Shown here: positions 49,490-59,708 of the stretch, in pieces
How positions within the stretch are numbered: position 1 is the first letter of the stretch
How the letters are laid out: each line of letters starts with the position of its first letter
Assembly (NCBI GenBank): GCA_902611715.1
Contig: CACMAQ010000004.1
Coordinates: forward strand, 1 to 60,408
Direction of reading: 5' to 3'
Source: an uncultured Pelagibacteraceae bacterium
GTDB taxonomy: Bacteria > Pseudomonadota > Alphaproteobacteria > Pelagibacterales > AG-422-B15
DNA: 60,408 nt
The notes under the pieces: model-generated
Told to the model about the DNA's origin: nothing
Database searches by the model: none
Seen by the model: only the letters and a program-made list of their open reading frames with translations
Position numbers and translations under genes: made by a program

Positions 49490-50626
49490 ATGCATTTACT
49501 AAGACTATTCATTCTTTACCTGATATTTATTCCTATTCCCTTTGTGCAAGCGTCATTCATAGATACTGAAGCTGAAACTGCAGTAATTATTGATGCTACT
49601 ACAGGTAAAGTTCTTTTTGAAAAAGAAATGAATAAGAAAACATACCCTGCCTCAATGACAAAAATCATGACAACATTAATAGTATTTGAAAAATTATCTA
49701 ATGGAACTTTATCATTAGATGATAAATTTCTTGTCTCAGAAAAAGCTTGGAGAGAGCGAGAAGGGTCATCTATGTTTGTCGAAGTAGATAAAGAAATTAG
49801 AGTTGAAGACTTATTAAGAGGAATTATTGTTCAATCTGGAAATGATGCTTGCATAGTTATTGCTGAAAATATTGCAGGATCCGAAGAAGCATTTGCGATT
49901 ATTATGACATCCAAAGCTGGAGAAATTGGCATGTTAAACACAAATTTTACTAACTCAACAGGAATGCATAGTAACGATAATTATTCGACTGCATACGATA
50001 TAGCAATTTTATCTCAATATTTAATTAATGAGTTTCCAGAGTATTATCATTTATTTGCCGAAACTGAATTTGAATGGTCTGGAATAAAACAAAAAAATAG
50101 AAATCCATTATTATATAAAAAGATGGGTGTGGATGGCCTTAAAACAGGTCATTTATCAATTTCAGGTTACGGACTTGCAGCATCTGCAGTTGAAGGAAAT
50201 CGGAGGGTAATAGCGGTTACAAACGGTTTTAGCTCACAACAAAAAAGGTCTCAAGGCTCATCAAGACTTATTACTTGGGCATTTAGAGAATATGAAAATA
50301 TTGAGCTTTTTAAAAAGTCTCAAGAAATTGATTTGATTAAGGTTCCTGGTTCAAATGAGTCGTTGTCATCAGTTAGTGCTTCGTCAGATATAATTTTAAC
50401 GGTTCCTAAAGCGAAAAATAAGAGTTTAGATTTTAGCATCGAGTTGGACAGCCAAATAAGTTTTCCAGTTGTAGCTGGAACAAAAATCGGACAATTAAAA
50501 GTAAACATACCCAATGAATCATCTGAGTATTTTGATATCTATTCTACAAATGAACTAAAAAGGGCAAATATTTTCTCAAGATTTTTTAGCTACATTTATC
50601 AATCTATTGTTAATTTATTTGTCTAA
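49490..50626 (+). CDS. dacA: D-alanyl-D-alanine carboxypeptidase
   Basis: SMTK, SGN and KTG motifs. Confidence 0.92.
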   Translation: MHLLRLFILYLIFIPIPFVQASFIDTEAETAVIIDATTGKVLFEKEMNKKTYPASMTKIMTTLIVFEKLSNGTLSLDDKFLVSEKAWREREGSSMFVEVDKEIRVEDLLRGIIVQSGNDACIVIAENIAGSEEAFAIIMTSKAGEIGMLNTNFTNSTGMHSNDNYSTAYDIAILSQYLINEFPEYYHLFAETEFEWSGIKQKNRNPLLYKKMGVDGLKTGHLSISGYGLAASAVEGNRRVIAVTNGFSSQQKRSQGSSRLITWAFREYENIELFKKSQEIDLIKVPGSNESLSSVSASSDIILTVPKAKNKSLDFSIELDSQISFPVVAGTKIGQLKVNIPNESSEYFDIYSTNELKRANIFSRFFSYIYQSIVNLFV

Positions 50627-50629
50627 TCA

Positions 50630-51256
50630 GTGATTAATTCACATTTCATATCTTTTGAGGGCGGAGAAGGGTCTGGTAAATCTACTCAAATCAAACTTCT
50701 TGCTAAAAAATTATCAAAAAAGAGAAAAGTTATAATCACCAGAGAACCAGGCGGGACAAAAGACGCTGAAAAAATAAGGAAATTAATTGTAAAAGATAAA
50801 AATCAGAAATGGTCTGGAGCTGTTGAAACAATGCTACTTTTTGCAGCGCGTAAAGACCATATAGATAAGGTCATTATACCAAATCTTAAAAAAGGATACT
50901 GGGTATTATGTGACAGGTACATTGATTCAACCATGGCATATCAGGGATATGGTAAAAAAGTTGACCTTAAACTCATAAATTCATTAAATAAAATTTTAAT
51001 TAATAACCTAGTACCGAGTATAACATTTCTTCTTGATATCGATCCTAAGACAGGTCTAGCTAGATCAAAAAGAAAAGGCAATGATGAATTAAGATATGAA
51101 AATATGCACATAAGCTTTCATAGAAAAGTAAGAACCTCTTTTTTGAAAATTGCCAAAATAAACAAAAGTAGAATTAAGATTATCGATGCTAGTAAGAAAA
51201 AAAATGAAATATCAGAAAAGATATGGAAAATATTAGAGACAAGTAAAAGAATATGA
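50630..51256 (+). CDS. tmk: Thymidylate kinase
   Basis: EGGEGSGKST, REPGGT and DRYIDSTMAYQG motifs. Confidence 0.96.
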   Translation: MINSHFISFEGGEGSGKSTQIKLLAKKLSKKRKVIITREPGGTKDAEKIRKLIVKDKNQKWSGAVETMLLFAARKDHIDKVIIPNLKKGYWVLCDRYIDSTMAYQGYGKKVDLKLINSLNKILINNLVPSITFLLDIDPKTGLARSKRKGNDELRYENMHISFHRKVRTSFLKIAKINKSRIKIIDASKKKNEISEKIWKILETSKRI

Positions 51257-52197
51257 GCAGTTTAGATCATGTATATTTTGAACAAAAGGAAAGGTTATTT
51301 AGTTTATACAAAAACAATTTACCTCAATCTATTATTTTATCAGGAGGAGAAATTGAACTTTTATCAGACATAGCAACCTCATTTTCTGAATTAATAGTTA
51401 AAAATAATACTGATCAAACATTTGAAGATTTTCTTAATACTTGCTCAGATGTTAACCATAACATTTCACCATTTGTATATATGATTACAAAAATTTATTT
51501 AGAAGATAAAAAAAGATTTAAAAATCAAATTTATAGGGATGATATATCAAATGTTCATTCATTTTTTCAGACTAAAGACGATATTGGTCAAAAGAGAGTA
51601 TGTATTATTAAAACATTAGACGATCTTTCGATAGAAGCCAGTAATTCCCTGCTCAAATTAATAGAAGAGCCAAATAAAAATTCTCATTTCATAATCATAA
51701 ATTATAATAAAGCTAAAGTTTTACAAACTATCAAATCAAGATCATATTTTTTAAATTTTAATAAATTAAATGAGGAAGCATTCTTTAAAAATTTAAACAG
51801 TGACATTTCCATTAATAGAGATCTTCTAAATCTAACAAATGGATCTTTGAGTCTTTCAAGAAAATTTATAAATTATGATTTACATGAAATTCAAGATCAT
51901 TTTAAAGAATTAATAAATGATCGTAAGTTAATCAAATCGAATACAGCAACACATTATTCTAATTTTATTTCGAAAAAATTTAATAAAGATGACGATATTT
52001 CTATATTTTTTGATTATATCTATCTTATTACGTCTTACGAAGTAAAGTCTATGGCCAGAGAGGGAAAAGAAACAGACGTTCTTAATTTGCTTAAAATCTC
52101 AGAAATTGTTAAAACTTATCGAAATTATTTTAAAAGATTAAATCTAGATTATACCACTCTTATAGTTTCTCTTTTTTATAAAATGAAAAATGTCTAA
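51253..52197 (+). CDS. holB: DNA polymerase III delta-prime subunit, divergent
   Basis: ASNSLLKLIEEP and TIKSR motifs; tmk-holB-metG synteny. Confidence 0.8.
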   Translation: MSSLDHVYFEQKERLFSLYKNNLPQSIILSGGEIELLSDIATSFSELIVKNNTDQTFEDFLNTCSDVNHNISPFVYMITKIYLEDKKRFKNQIYRDDISNVHSFFQTKDDIGQKRVCIIKTLDDLSIEASNSLLKLIEEPNKNSHFIIINYNKAKVLQTIKSRSYFLNFNKLNEEAFFKNLNSDISINRDLLNLTNGSLSLSRKFINYDLHEIQDHFKELINDRKLIKSNTATHYSNFISKKFNKDDDISIFFDYIYLITSYEVKSMAREGKETDVLNLLKISEIVKTYRNYFKRLNLDYTTLIVSLFYKMKNV

Positions 52198-53725
52198 TAA
52201 ATACTATATAACCACACCAATTTATTATGTAAATGACAAGCCTCATATAGGCCACGCATATACTTCAGTAGCTACAGATTTTATTGCAAGATTTATGAGC
52301 CTTAGAGGGTATGATGTTAGATTTCAAACTGGAACAGACGAACATGGATTGAAAATACAAAAAGCAGCCGATGCAAAAAAAATAAACCCTCTAGAACTTT
52401 GTGATCAAAACTCACAAATCTTTAAAGATCTAACTGTCTCATTAAATTTATCAAATGATGATTTTATAAGGACCACTGAAGAACGACATATTGAAGGTGC
52501 CTCATATTTATGGAAACGACTTTATGAAAGAGATCAGATTTATTTAGGGGAGTATACTGGATGGTACTCAATAAATGACGAAACATTTTATAATGAAAAA
52601 GATTTAGTAAAACAGAATGATGGTTCATTTAAAACTATAACCGGCGGCCCTGTCGAATGGATTACAGAAAAATCTTATTTTTTCAAGCTTTCAGAATGGT
52701 CTGATAAATTATTAAACATATATAAAAATAATCCAAATTTCATTAGCCCAACTTCAAAAAGAAATGAAGTTATTAAATTTGTCGAGTCTGGTTTAAATGA
52801 TTTATCTGTATCAAGAACATCTTTTGAGTGGGGAATCAAAACACCAACTGATGATAATCATATAATGTACGTATGGTTAGATGCATTAACTTGCTATGCA
52901 AACGGGGTTAATTACTTAAATGACAATGATAACGAATTGAAGGAATATTGGAAAAATGTAGTACATATAGTTGGTAAAGATATTTTAAGACATCATGCTG
53001 TTTACTGGCCAGCATTTTTATTGGCAGCAGATTTAGAACTACCAAGAAAAATATTTGCACATGGGTGGTGGACAAATGAAGGTAAGAAAATTTCTAAATC
53101 TTTAGGCAATGTTATTGATCCAATTGAGATTATTAACAATTATGGCCTTGATCAGTTCAGATACTTTTTACTTAGAGAAGTTCCATTTGGCAATGATGGA
53201 GATTTTTCAAAAAATGCTATGATAAATAGAATTAATAGCGATTTAGTAAATGATCTAGGAAATTTATGTCAAAGATCACTTACAATGATTGAAAAAAAAC
53301 TAAATTCAATAATACCTCCAGTGAATAATAAAAGTAAAAATGGAGATAAGTTGGTTAAAATGTATTACGAAACAGTTGAGGAATCTTCAACACTTGTAGA
53401 AGAATACAAATTACACGATTATATTAAGTTGGTATGGCTATACATTAATGAAGTAAATAAATTTTTCAATGACAGTAAGCCCTGGGAATTATCTGAGAGT
53501 AATCCAAAATTATTTTCCGATATTCTTGGTTTAACAAGTGATAGTATTAAAAAAATAGCTTTTTTAATAAATCCAATTATGCCAGAAACATCATTAAAAA
53601 TATTTAATATGCTTGCCTTAAAACTTGATAATATAAGTTTCGAAATGGAAAAATCTATTTCAATCAGTGGAAATAAATTAAATCAAGTAAATCATTTATT
53701 CTCGAGAGTGCAGAATGATAATTGA
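52190..53725 (+). CDS. metG: Methionyl-tRNA synthetase
   Basis: HIGH and KISKS motifs; YVWLDAL. Confidence 0.97.
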   Translation: MSNKYYITTPIYYVNDKPHIGHAYTSVATDFIARFMSLRGYDVRFQTGTDEHGLKIQKAADAKKINPLELCDQNSQIFKDLTVSLNLSNDDFIRTTEERHIEGASYLWKRLYERDQIYLGEYTGWYSINDETFYNEKDLVKQNDGSFKTITGGPVEWITEKSYFFKLSEWSDKLLNIYKNNPNFISPTSKRNEVIKFVESGLNDLSVSRTSFEWGIKTPTDDNHIMYVWLDALTCYANGVNYLNDNDNELKEYWKNVVHIVGKDILRHHAVYWPAFLLAADLELPRKIFAHGWWTNEGKKISKSLGNVIDPIEIINNYGLDQFRYFLLREVPFGNDGDFSKNAMINRINSDLVNDLGNLCQRSLTMIEKKLNSIIPPVNNKSKNGDKLVKMYYETVEESSTLVEEYKLHDYIKLVWLYINEVNKFFNDSKPWELSESNPKLFSDILGLTSDSIKKIAFLINPIMPETSLKIFNMLALKLDNISFEMEKSISISGNKLNQVNHLFSRVQNDN

Positions 53726-54488
53726 TAGTCACTGTCATCTACTGAATAAAAATAATGAAAAATCATTAGATGAAATAATTTTAAATGCTAAAAAAAATGG
53801 AGTTGAAAAATTTTTAAATATTTCAACACGTGAAGATGAATTCAGACCTATTTTAAATATATCTAATAATAACAAAAATATTTTCTCCACTCTTGGTATT
53901 CATCCTCATGAAGCAGATAACATGACAAGTGAAATAAAAAACACAATAACAAAACTATCGTCAAATAAAAAAGTTATTGGAATAGGGGAAACTGGATTAG
54001 ATTTTTATTATGAAAATTCCAATAAAGAAAATCAAATAAAAAGTTTTATTATGCACATTGAAATTTCTCAAAAATTAGGTCTACCTCTAGTTATTCATAT
54101 GAGAAATGCTGAAAGTGAAACATTCGATATAATTAAAACATATTATAAAAAAAAGGAATTTTCCGGTGTCATACATTGTTTTACAGGGTCCACAGAATTC
54201 ATGCAAAACCTTCTGCCATATAATTTTTTCTTTTCTATTAGTGGCATTGTTACATTTAAGAACTCTACTGAACTCAGAGAAACGGTTAAAATGATACCTA
54301 TTAACAAAATATTAGTTGAAACAGACTCACCTTATCTCGCACCCGTTCCTGTAAGGGGCAAGGCAAATGAACCAGCATATATTATTCATACTGTTGAATA
54401 TGTATCAAAAATGTTTAATCTTGAGTACAGTGATTTTTCAGTAATTACTAGTAACAATTTTTTTAATCTATTTAAAAGAGCTTCATAA
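53715..54488 (+). CDS. tatD: TatD family hydrolase
   Basis: DSHCH, GIHPH, GETGLD and ETDSPYLAP motifs. Confidence 0.93.
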   Translation: MIIDSHCHLLNKNNEKSLDEIILNAKKNGVEKFLNISTREDEFRPILNISNNNKNIFSTLGIHPHEADNMTSEIKNTITKLSSNKKVIGIGETGLDFYYENSNKENQIKSFIMHIEISQKLGLPLVIHMRNAESETFDIIKTYYKKKEFSGVIHCFTGSTEFMQNLLPYNFFFSISGIVTFKNSTELRETVKMIPINKILVETDSPYLAPVPVRGKANEPAYIIHTVEYVSKMFNLEYSDFSVITSNNFFNLFKRAS

Positions 54489-54491
54489 GTC

Positions 54492-54878
54492 ATGAAAATT
54501 AATATACCTGCATCAATTGGTGAGCTTTTTGATAAAATAACAATACTCGAAATTAAAAAATCAAAGATAAAAGACGATAATAAATTAATATTTATTAATA
54601 AAGAGCTTAATCTTCTTAAAAAGGTAGTGAGATCAAAAAAAATAAATACTAGAAGTTTAGGACCATTAATAAAAAAATTGAAAAATGTTAACCTAAAACT
54701 CTGGAACGTAGAAGACAAACTGAGAAAATTTGAGAAGAATAAACAATTTAAACAAGATTTTATAAATTATGCACGTAAGGTTTATTACACCAATGATAAA
54801 AGATCAATTTTAAAAAATGAAATAAATTTAAAAACAAATTCAATTATTAGTGAAGTTAAATCATATGAAAAATATTAA
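54492..54878 (+). CDS. DUF6165-like protein common in glycan clusters
   Basis: SIGELFDKITILEIK, LWNVED and SEVKSY motifs. Confidence 0.8.
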   Translation: MKINIPASIGELFDKITILEIKKSKIKDDNKLIFINKELNLLKKVVRSKKINTRSLGPLIKKLKNVNLKLWNVEDKLRKFEKNKQFKQDFINYARKVYYTNDKRSILKNEINLKTNSIISEVKSYEKY

Positions 54879-56049
54879 ATATAATTTAGCAAGTGACTCG
54901 TGGGATGGCGAAGAAATATCTGCAATTAATGATGTTATAAAATCCAATCGCTTTACAATGGGACCAAAAGTAAAAAAATTTGAAGATGAATTTGCTTCAC
55001 ATTTTAATTCAGATTATGCAATCATGGTGAATTCTGGCTCATCAGCTAACCTTCTTATGATCGCATCTTTATTTTATTCAAAAGAATACGATCTAAAGGA
55101 AGGCGATGAAGTAATTGTACCGGCAGTAAGCTGGAGTACAACATATTATCCAGTACACCAATATGGTCTTAAACTCATATTTGTAGATGTTGACCGTAAT
55201 ACTCTAAATATTAGTTCAGAAGAAATAAAAAAAGCTATTAGTCCAAAAACAAAGGTTATTTTTGCTGTAAATTTATTGGGTAATCCCTGCGAATTTGATG
55301 AAATAATTAGAATTTGCAAAAAAAATAATATCATACTGATAGAAGACAATTGTGAAAGTCTAGGGGCAACTTACAAAGATAAGTATACAGGAACTTGTGG
55401 TATAATGGGTTCTTTTAGCTTCTTTTTTTCCCACCATTTACAGACTATGGAAGGAGGAATGATACTTACTAACGATAAAAATTTGTACGAGCTTTGTGTA
55501 TCGCTAAGAGCACATGGATGGATTAGGGATTTGCCTGATGATAATAGTATAGAAAAGAAAACAGGAAACTCATTCCATGACTCATTTAACTTTGTCACAC
55601 CCGGCTATGGTATTAGACCATTGGAAATGAGTGGAGCAATTGGCTCTGTTCAATTGCAAAAATTACCGATCTTCATTAGTAATAGAAAGAAAAATGCAAC
55701 TATATTTAAATCATTATTTGAAAATGAGCCAAATATCTCTATTCAGCAAGAAACAGAAGTGTCTTCATGGTTTGGATTTTCTCTTTTATTAACAAATAAA
55801 TTATCAAGTTTCAGAGATAATTTGATAAATATTTTAATGGAAAATAAAATTGAGTGCAGACCTATAGTTGCTGGAAATTTTACAAAAAATCCTGTTATAA
55901 AATTTATGGATTATGATATTTGCGGAGAATTATCAGCATCGGATGAAATTGATAAAAATGGTTTTTTTGTTGGTAACGACTTTAGAGATTTAAAGAATGA
56001 AATCCACTATTTACACGAACTAATTAAAGAATTTGAAAATAGTGTTTAA
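54865..56049 (+). CDS. colD: GDP-4-keto-6-deoxymannose 3-dehydratase (ColD-type DegT family)
   Basis: SFFFSHHLQTMEGG with His in place of the PLP Lys; NSGSSANLL and RAHGW motifs; adjacent to gmd. Confidence 0.8.
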   Translation: MKNIKYNLASDSWDGEEISAINDVIKSNRFTMGPKVKKFEDEFASHFNSDYAIMVNSGSSANLLMIASLFYSKEYDLKEGDEVIVPAVSWSTTYYPVHQYGLKLIFVDVDRNTLNISSEEIKKAISPKTKVIFAVNLLGNPCEFDEIIRICKKNNIILIEDNCESLGATYKDKYTGTCGIMGSFSFFFSHHLQTMEGGMILTNDKNLYELCVSLRAHGWIRDLPDDNSIEKKTGNSFHDSFNFVTPGYGIRPLEMSGAIGSVQLQKLPIFISNRKKNATIFKSLFENEPNISIQQETEVSSWFGFSLLLTNKLSSFRDNLINILMENKIECRPIVAGNFTKNPVIKFMDYDICGELSASDEIDKNGFFVGNDFRDLKNEIHYLHELIKEFENSV

Positions 56050-56066
56050 TTAGATAGGAAGCAAAA

Positions 56067-57089
56067 ATGAAAAATGCCTTAATTACAGGAATAACCGGTC
56101 AAGATGGTGCATATTTAGCAAAATTACTTATTGAGAAGGGATACAAAGTTTATGGTACTGTACGCAGAAGCACTTCTGAGAAGTTTGTTAATTTAAAATA
56201 CCTAAATATTTACGACAAAATTAAGTTTTATGATTTTGATTTATTAGAACTGAGCAATATACAAAATGTTATTAAAGATACAAAACCACATGAAATATAT
56301 CATTTAGCTGCTCAAAGCTTTGTTCCAACATCATTTCAAGTACCAATAGTTACCACTGATATTAATTCGTTAGGAACATTACGAATTTTAGACTCAATTA
56401 ACTCTATAAATAAAAAGATAAAGTTTTACCAAGCTTCTACATCTGAAATGTTTGGAAAAGTACAGCAGATACCACAAACTGAAAAAACACCATTTTACCC
56501 AAGAAGTCCATATGGAGTGTCAAAAGTATTTTCGCATTGGATTACAGTAAACTATAGAGAATCCTATAATATACATGCATCTTCTGGTATTTTATTCAAT
56601 CATGAGTCACCTTTAAGAGGAGGTGAGTTCGTAACAAAAAAAATTACGTCATCACTAACAAGAATTAAGCATGGTTCAAAAGAAATTCTAAAAGTCGGTA
56701 ATATTAACGCTAAAAGAGATTGGGGATATGCGGGAGATTATGTTTATGCAATGTGGTTAATGCTTCAGCAAAAAAACCCAGATGATTATGTAATTGCTAC
56801 TGGGAAAACACACAGTGTAAGAGAATTTATAAATTTGACATTAAAATATTTAAACTTCGAATATAAGTGGGTAGGACAGGGCATGAATGAAAGAGCAATT
56901 AACAAAAAAAACAGTAAGACGATTATAAAGATTGATAAAGAATTTTTTAGACCAGCTGAAGTTGACTTATTAATTGGAAACCCAGGTAAAGCAAAACGTA
57001 AACTTAAATGGAAACCAAATACCAGTTTAAAAAAGCTAGTTAAGCTGATGGTTGATTATGACGTGAGTCAAATAAAAAATACACACTAA
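56067..57089 (+). CDS. gmd: GDP-mannose 4,6-dehydratase
   Basis: GITGQDG, YQASTSE, PRSPY and FNHESP motifs. Confidence 0.96.
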   Translation: MKNALITGITGQDGAYLAKLLIEKGYKVYGTVRRSTSEKFVNLKYLNIYDKIKFYDFDLLELSNIQNVIKDTKPHEIYHLAAQSFVPTSFQVPIVTTDINSLGTLRILDSINSINKKIKFYQASTSEMFGKVQQIPQTEKTPFYPRSPYGVSKVFSHWITVNYRESYNIHASSGILFNHESPLRGGEFVTKKITSSLTRIKHGSKEILKVGNINAKRDWGYAGDYVYAMWLMLQQKNPDDYVIATGKTHSVREFINLTLKYLNFEYKWVGQGMNERAINKKNSKTIIKIDKEFFRPAEVDLLIGNPGKAKRKLKWKPNTSLKKLVKLMVDYDVSQIKNTH

Positions 57090-58097
57090 ATGTTAGGAAA
57101 TAGTAAATCTGTTTTATTTATAGATAACTCAGACTCTGATTTTACAGGTAATGATCTCAATAGTACTAAAGTAAGAGGTACAGAGAGTTCACTTATTTTA
57201 CTAGCGGAGAGTTTTGTAAAAAAAAATATCAACGTTAAGGTATTAACTGAAGTTAAACAAGACGTAGTTTGTAACGGAGTTGTCTATAGCAATAAACATT
57301 CTAGTCAAGACAATTACTATGACTTATGTATAGCAATTTCTAATGCAAATCTATTTAGAAACATATCTTCAAAAAAAAAAGTGGTTTGGTCTAACTCATT
57401 ACAACCATTTGAAAAATTTTTAAGAAAAAAACAATTACTTCCGTTTTTAAAATATAAACCTGAAGTTGTGACAATGTGTAATTACCAGTATCGTAACAGG
57501 AGTTATCTTACATCTATGTTTGGAAAACATATGATAACTTTGTCAGTGGATCCAAGATTTTACACAGAACCAGTAGATCTTAAAAAAATTCCAGAGCCAT
57601 ATGCGCTAAATAATGTGAGGTCTTTAAGGAATTTAGATTGGCTTATAGATATATGGTTGAATAAATTTCAGAATAAAGAAAAGAAGGCAAAACTTTTTAT
57701 AAACCCAAATTTAATTTCATATACAGAAGAACTGCGTAATTCTAATATATTTGAGAGAAAACTTGGTTCCAGAGAAGATCTAATTAATGAACTAAGAAAT
57801 ACAAGAGTATTTGCGTACACTGGTCACAAATCTGATATTTGGGTTTTAACAGTAGAAGAGGCAGTTCAAATGTGTGTACCAGTTGTTACGTATGGCATTG
57901 GTTCTGTTGAAGACAGAGTAATCCATAATGAAACTGGATTTATAGCTAAAAATGATAAGGAATTTGCTCATTACTTAGAAAAACTTTTATTTAATAATGA
58001 TTTTTATAACGCCATAAAACAAAAAATGTTTAAAAGAAGAGGCTTTAAAAATTGGGACAATATTGCTGATATATGGATAAAAAAATTCTTATATTAA
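57090..58097 (+). CDS. Glycosyltransferase, GT4-like
   Basis: RGTE N-terminal motif; EA...VPVV and HNETGF motifs. Confidence 0.8.
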   Translation: MLGNSKSVLFIDNSDSDFTGNDLNSTKVRGTESSLILLAESFVKKNINVKVLTEVKQDVVCNGVVYSNKHSSQDNYYDLCIAISNANLFRNISSKKKVVWSNSLQPFEKFLRKKQLLPFLKYKPEVVTMCNYQYRNRSYLTSMFGKHMITLSVDPRFYTEPVDLKKIPEPYALNNVRSLRNLDWLIDIWLNKFQNKEKKAKLFINPNLISYTEELRNSNIFERKLGSREDLINELRNTRVFAYTGHKSDIWVLTVEEAVQMCVPVVTYGIGSVEDRVIHNETGFIAKNDKEFAHYLEKLLFNNDFYNAIKQKMFKRRGFKNWDNIADIWIKKFLY

Positions 58098-59047
58098 AAA
58101 ATGACAGAGTAGGCGATTTTTTTCACTCACTTAGAAATATTGAACATCTTAGGAACCACTTTTCTGAACACGTCACTGATATATACCTATCTGAAATAAA
58201 TATAAAATTCGCAAGTGTCTTACCTCAGTCAAAATTAAATATAATTCAAGTCAATTATAATCTTTCCAATATAGAAAAATTTAATTTATTTCGTAAGTTA
58301 TTTAGAAATAAATACGAGTATGTATTCATACTTTCTCCTAAAAATTTCTACTTTTTTTTGCCTATTGTATTTAGAAATACAAAATTTCTTGGGATTTGCG
58401 TCGATAATGAAAAGAGGAAAAGACCATGTAATTTTTTAAGGAAATATCTATTTAAATATGAGGTCAATAATAGATCTAAAAATGTCAGAAAAAACCCTAT
58501 TTATGATTTGGAGAAAAAGCTTCTAGAGAATGTCATTAAACCAACAAAATATAAAATTCCATATAATGAAATAAAGTACGACGTAAACGGAAAACCAATC
58601 GATGCTTTATTTCATTACAAATCAGATATTTTCGGAGATATAGACAAAAATATACATCAATTTGATAAATTATTTTTACAATTAACAAATCAATTTAATA
58701 TAAAAATAAGAGTAAGCACGGATCTTGAATTTAAAATAACGGAAGATAAATATAAGGAAATTTTTGAAAATAATAAAAATATTCAGTTTTTAGGACCTAT
58801 AAACGCTGATGATTTAATGAAAGAAGTGGGGTGTTCAGATCTTGTTATTAGTCCGCATGGGGCGATAACATGTATTGGAGCTTATTATAATAAAAACATA
58901 ATTGATATATTCGACAGAACTATAACTAAAAACGCTTATTTTGAATTTAGACCTTATACAAGAGGAAAATATCAGTTCATATTTAAGTCTTTAGATATAA
59001 GAAAAACTTTTTTAAAATTATCCTATAAAATCAGTAATTTATTTTAA
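58073..59047 (+). CDS. GT9 heptosyltransferase-like protein
   Basis: KILILKNDRVGD N-terminus. Confidence 0.65.
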   Translation: MDKKILILKNDRVGDFFHSLRNIEHLRNHFSEHVTDIYLSEINIKFASVLPQSKLNIIQVNYNLSNIEKFNLFRKLFRNKYEYVFILSPKNFYFFLPIVFRNTKFLGICVDNEKRKRPCNFLRKYLFKYEVNNRSKNVRKNPIYDLEKKLLENVIKPTKYKIPYNEIKYDVNGKPIDALFHYKSDIFGDIDKNIHQFDKLFLQLTNQFNIKIRVSTDLEFKITEDKYKEIFENNKNIQFLGPINADDLMKEVGCSDLVISPHGAITCIGAYYNKNIIDIFDRTITKNAYFEFRPYTRGKYQFIFKSLDIRKTFLKLSYKISNLF

Positions 59048-59115
59048 TTATATAATATATTACCTTATATATTAAATATTTTTATTTAAGTATTGTTTTA
59101 ACTACATATAATATT

Positions 59116-59143
59116 ATTTTACATAATATATATTATACGAATT
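59116..59143 (-). other. dif-like XerCD recombination site
   Basis: Minus strand AATTCGTATAA-TATATA-TTATGTAAAAT: 11-6-11 layout; XerD arm 10/11 to TTATGTTAAAT. Confidence 0.75.
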
Positions 59144-59228
59144 AAAATATATTACTAATCTCTAATATATTTATAACTCATAAGAAGTATACCCTTGCTT
59201 ATTCATTAAAAAAACAAGGAGAAAAAAT

Positions 59229-59654
59229 ATGAGTCCTGAAGAATTTCAAATATGGTCTATTTTTAATTCATTTAGAATTGGAAGTGCTTTAGCTTTCGTT
59301 GCATCAGCAATATTCATATGGCTGGGTTTTAGAATAGCTGTAGGTACTCGTGTACCAGCATCAGGTGAAGAACCTACTATGTTTGGCAAAATAATATCTT
59401 CTATTTTTTGTGGTATTATAGTACTTGGTACGTGGATACAGTTTACAGAGGCTGTTGGTAATTATATTGCTTCAGCATTTGCATTCGAACAGTTAAAAGA
59501 AGCTGGAACAGAAATATCGCCAGTTGCTGAAGGTTGGATAAATTATGTTGGTACAACCGAAGCTACATTCACGCCTACACCTTTAGGTATGGTGTTCTTA
59601 GTTATTGTAGCAATTATGTATGCGGCAATAATTTGGTATCCAAAGCAAAAATAA
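59229..59654 (+). CDS. Hypothetical membrane protein (3 TM)
   Basis: AAGGAG RBS, hydrophobic segments, own terminator. Confidence 0.85.
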   Translation: MSPEEFQIWSIFNSFRIGSALAFVASAIFIWLGFRIAVGTRVPASGEEPTMFGKIISSIFCGIIVLGTWIQFTEAVGNYIASAFAFEQLKEAGTEISPVAEGWINYVGTTEATFTPTPLGMVFLVIVAIMYAAIIWYPKQK

Positions 59655-59665
59655 TTTATTAATAT

Positions 59666-59708
59666 AAATAATACTTTAGCATTCAATTAGTCTGCTAAAG
59701 TATTATTT
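59666..59708. terminator. Hairpin between convergent genes
   Basis: aaataatactttagca / tgctaaagtattattt 16-bp inverted repeat. Confidence 0.75.
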
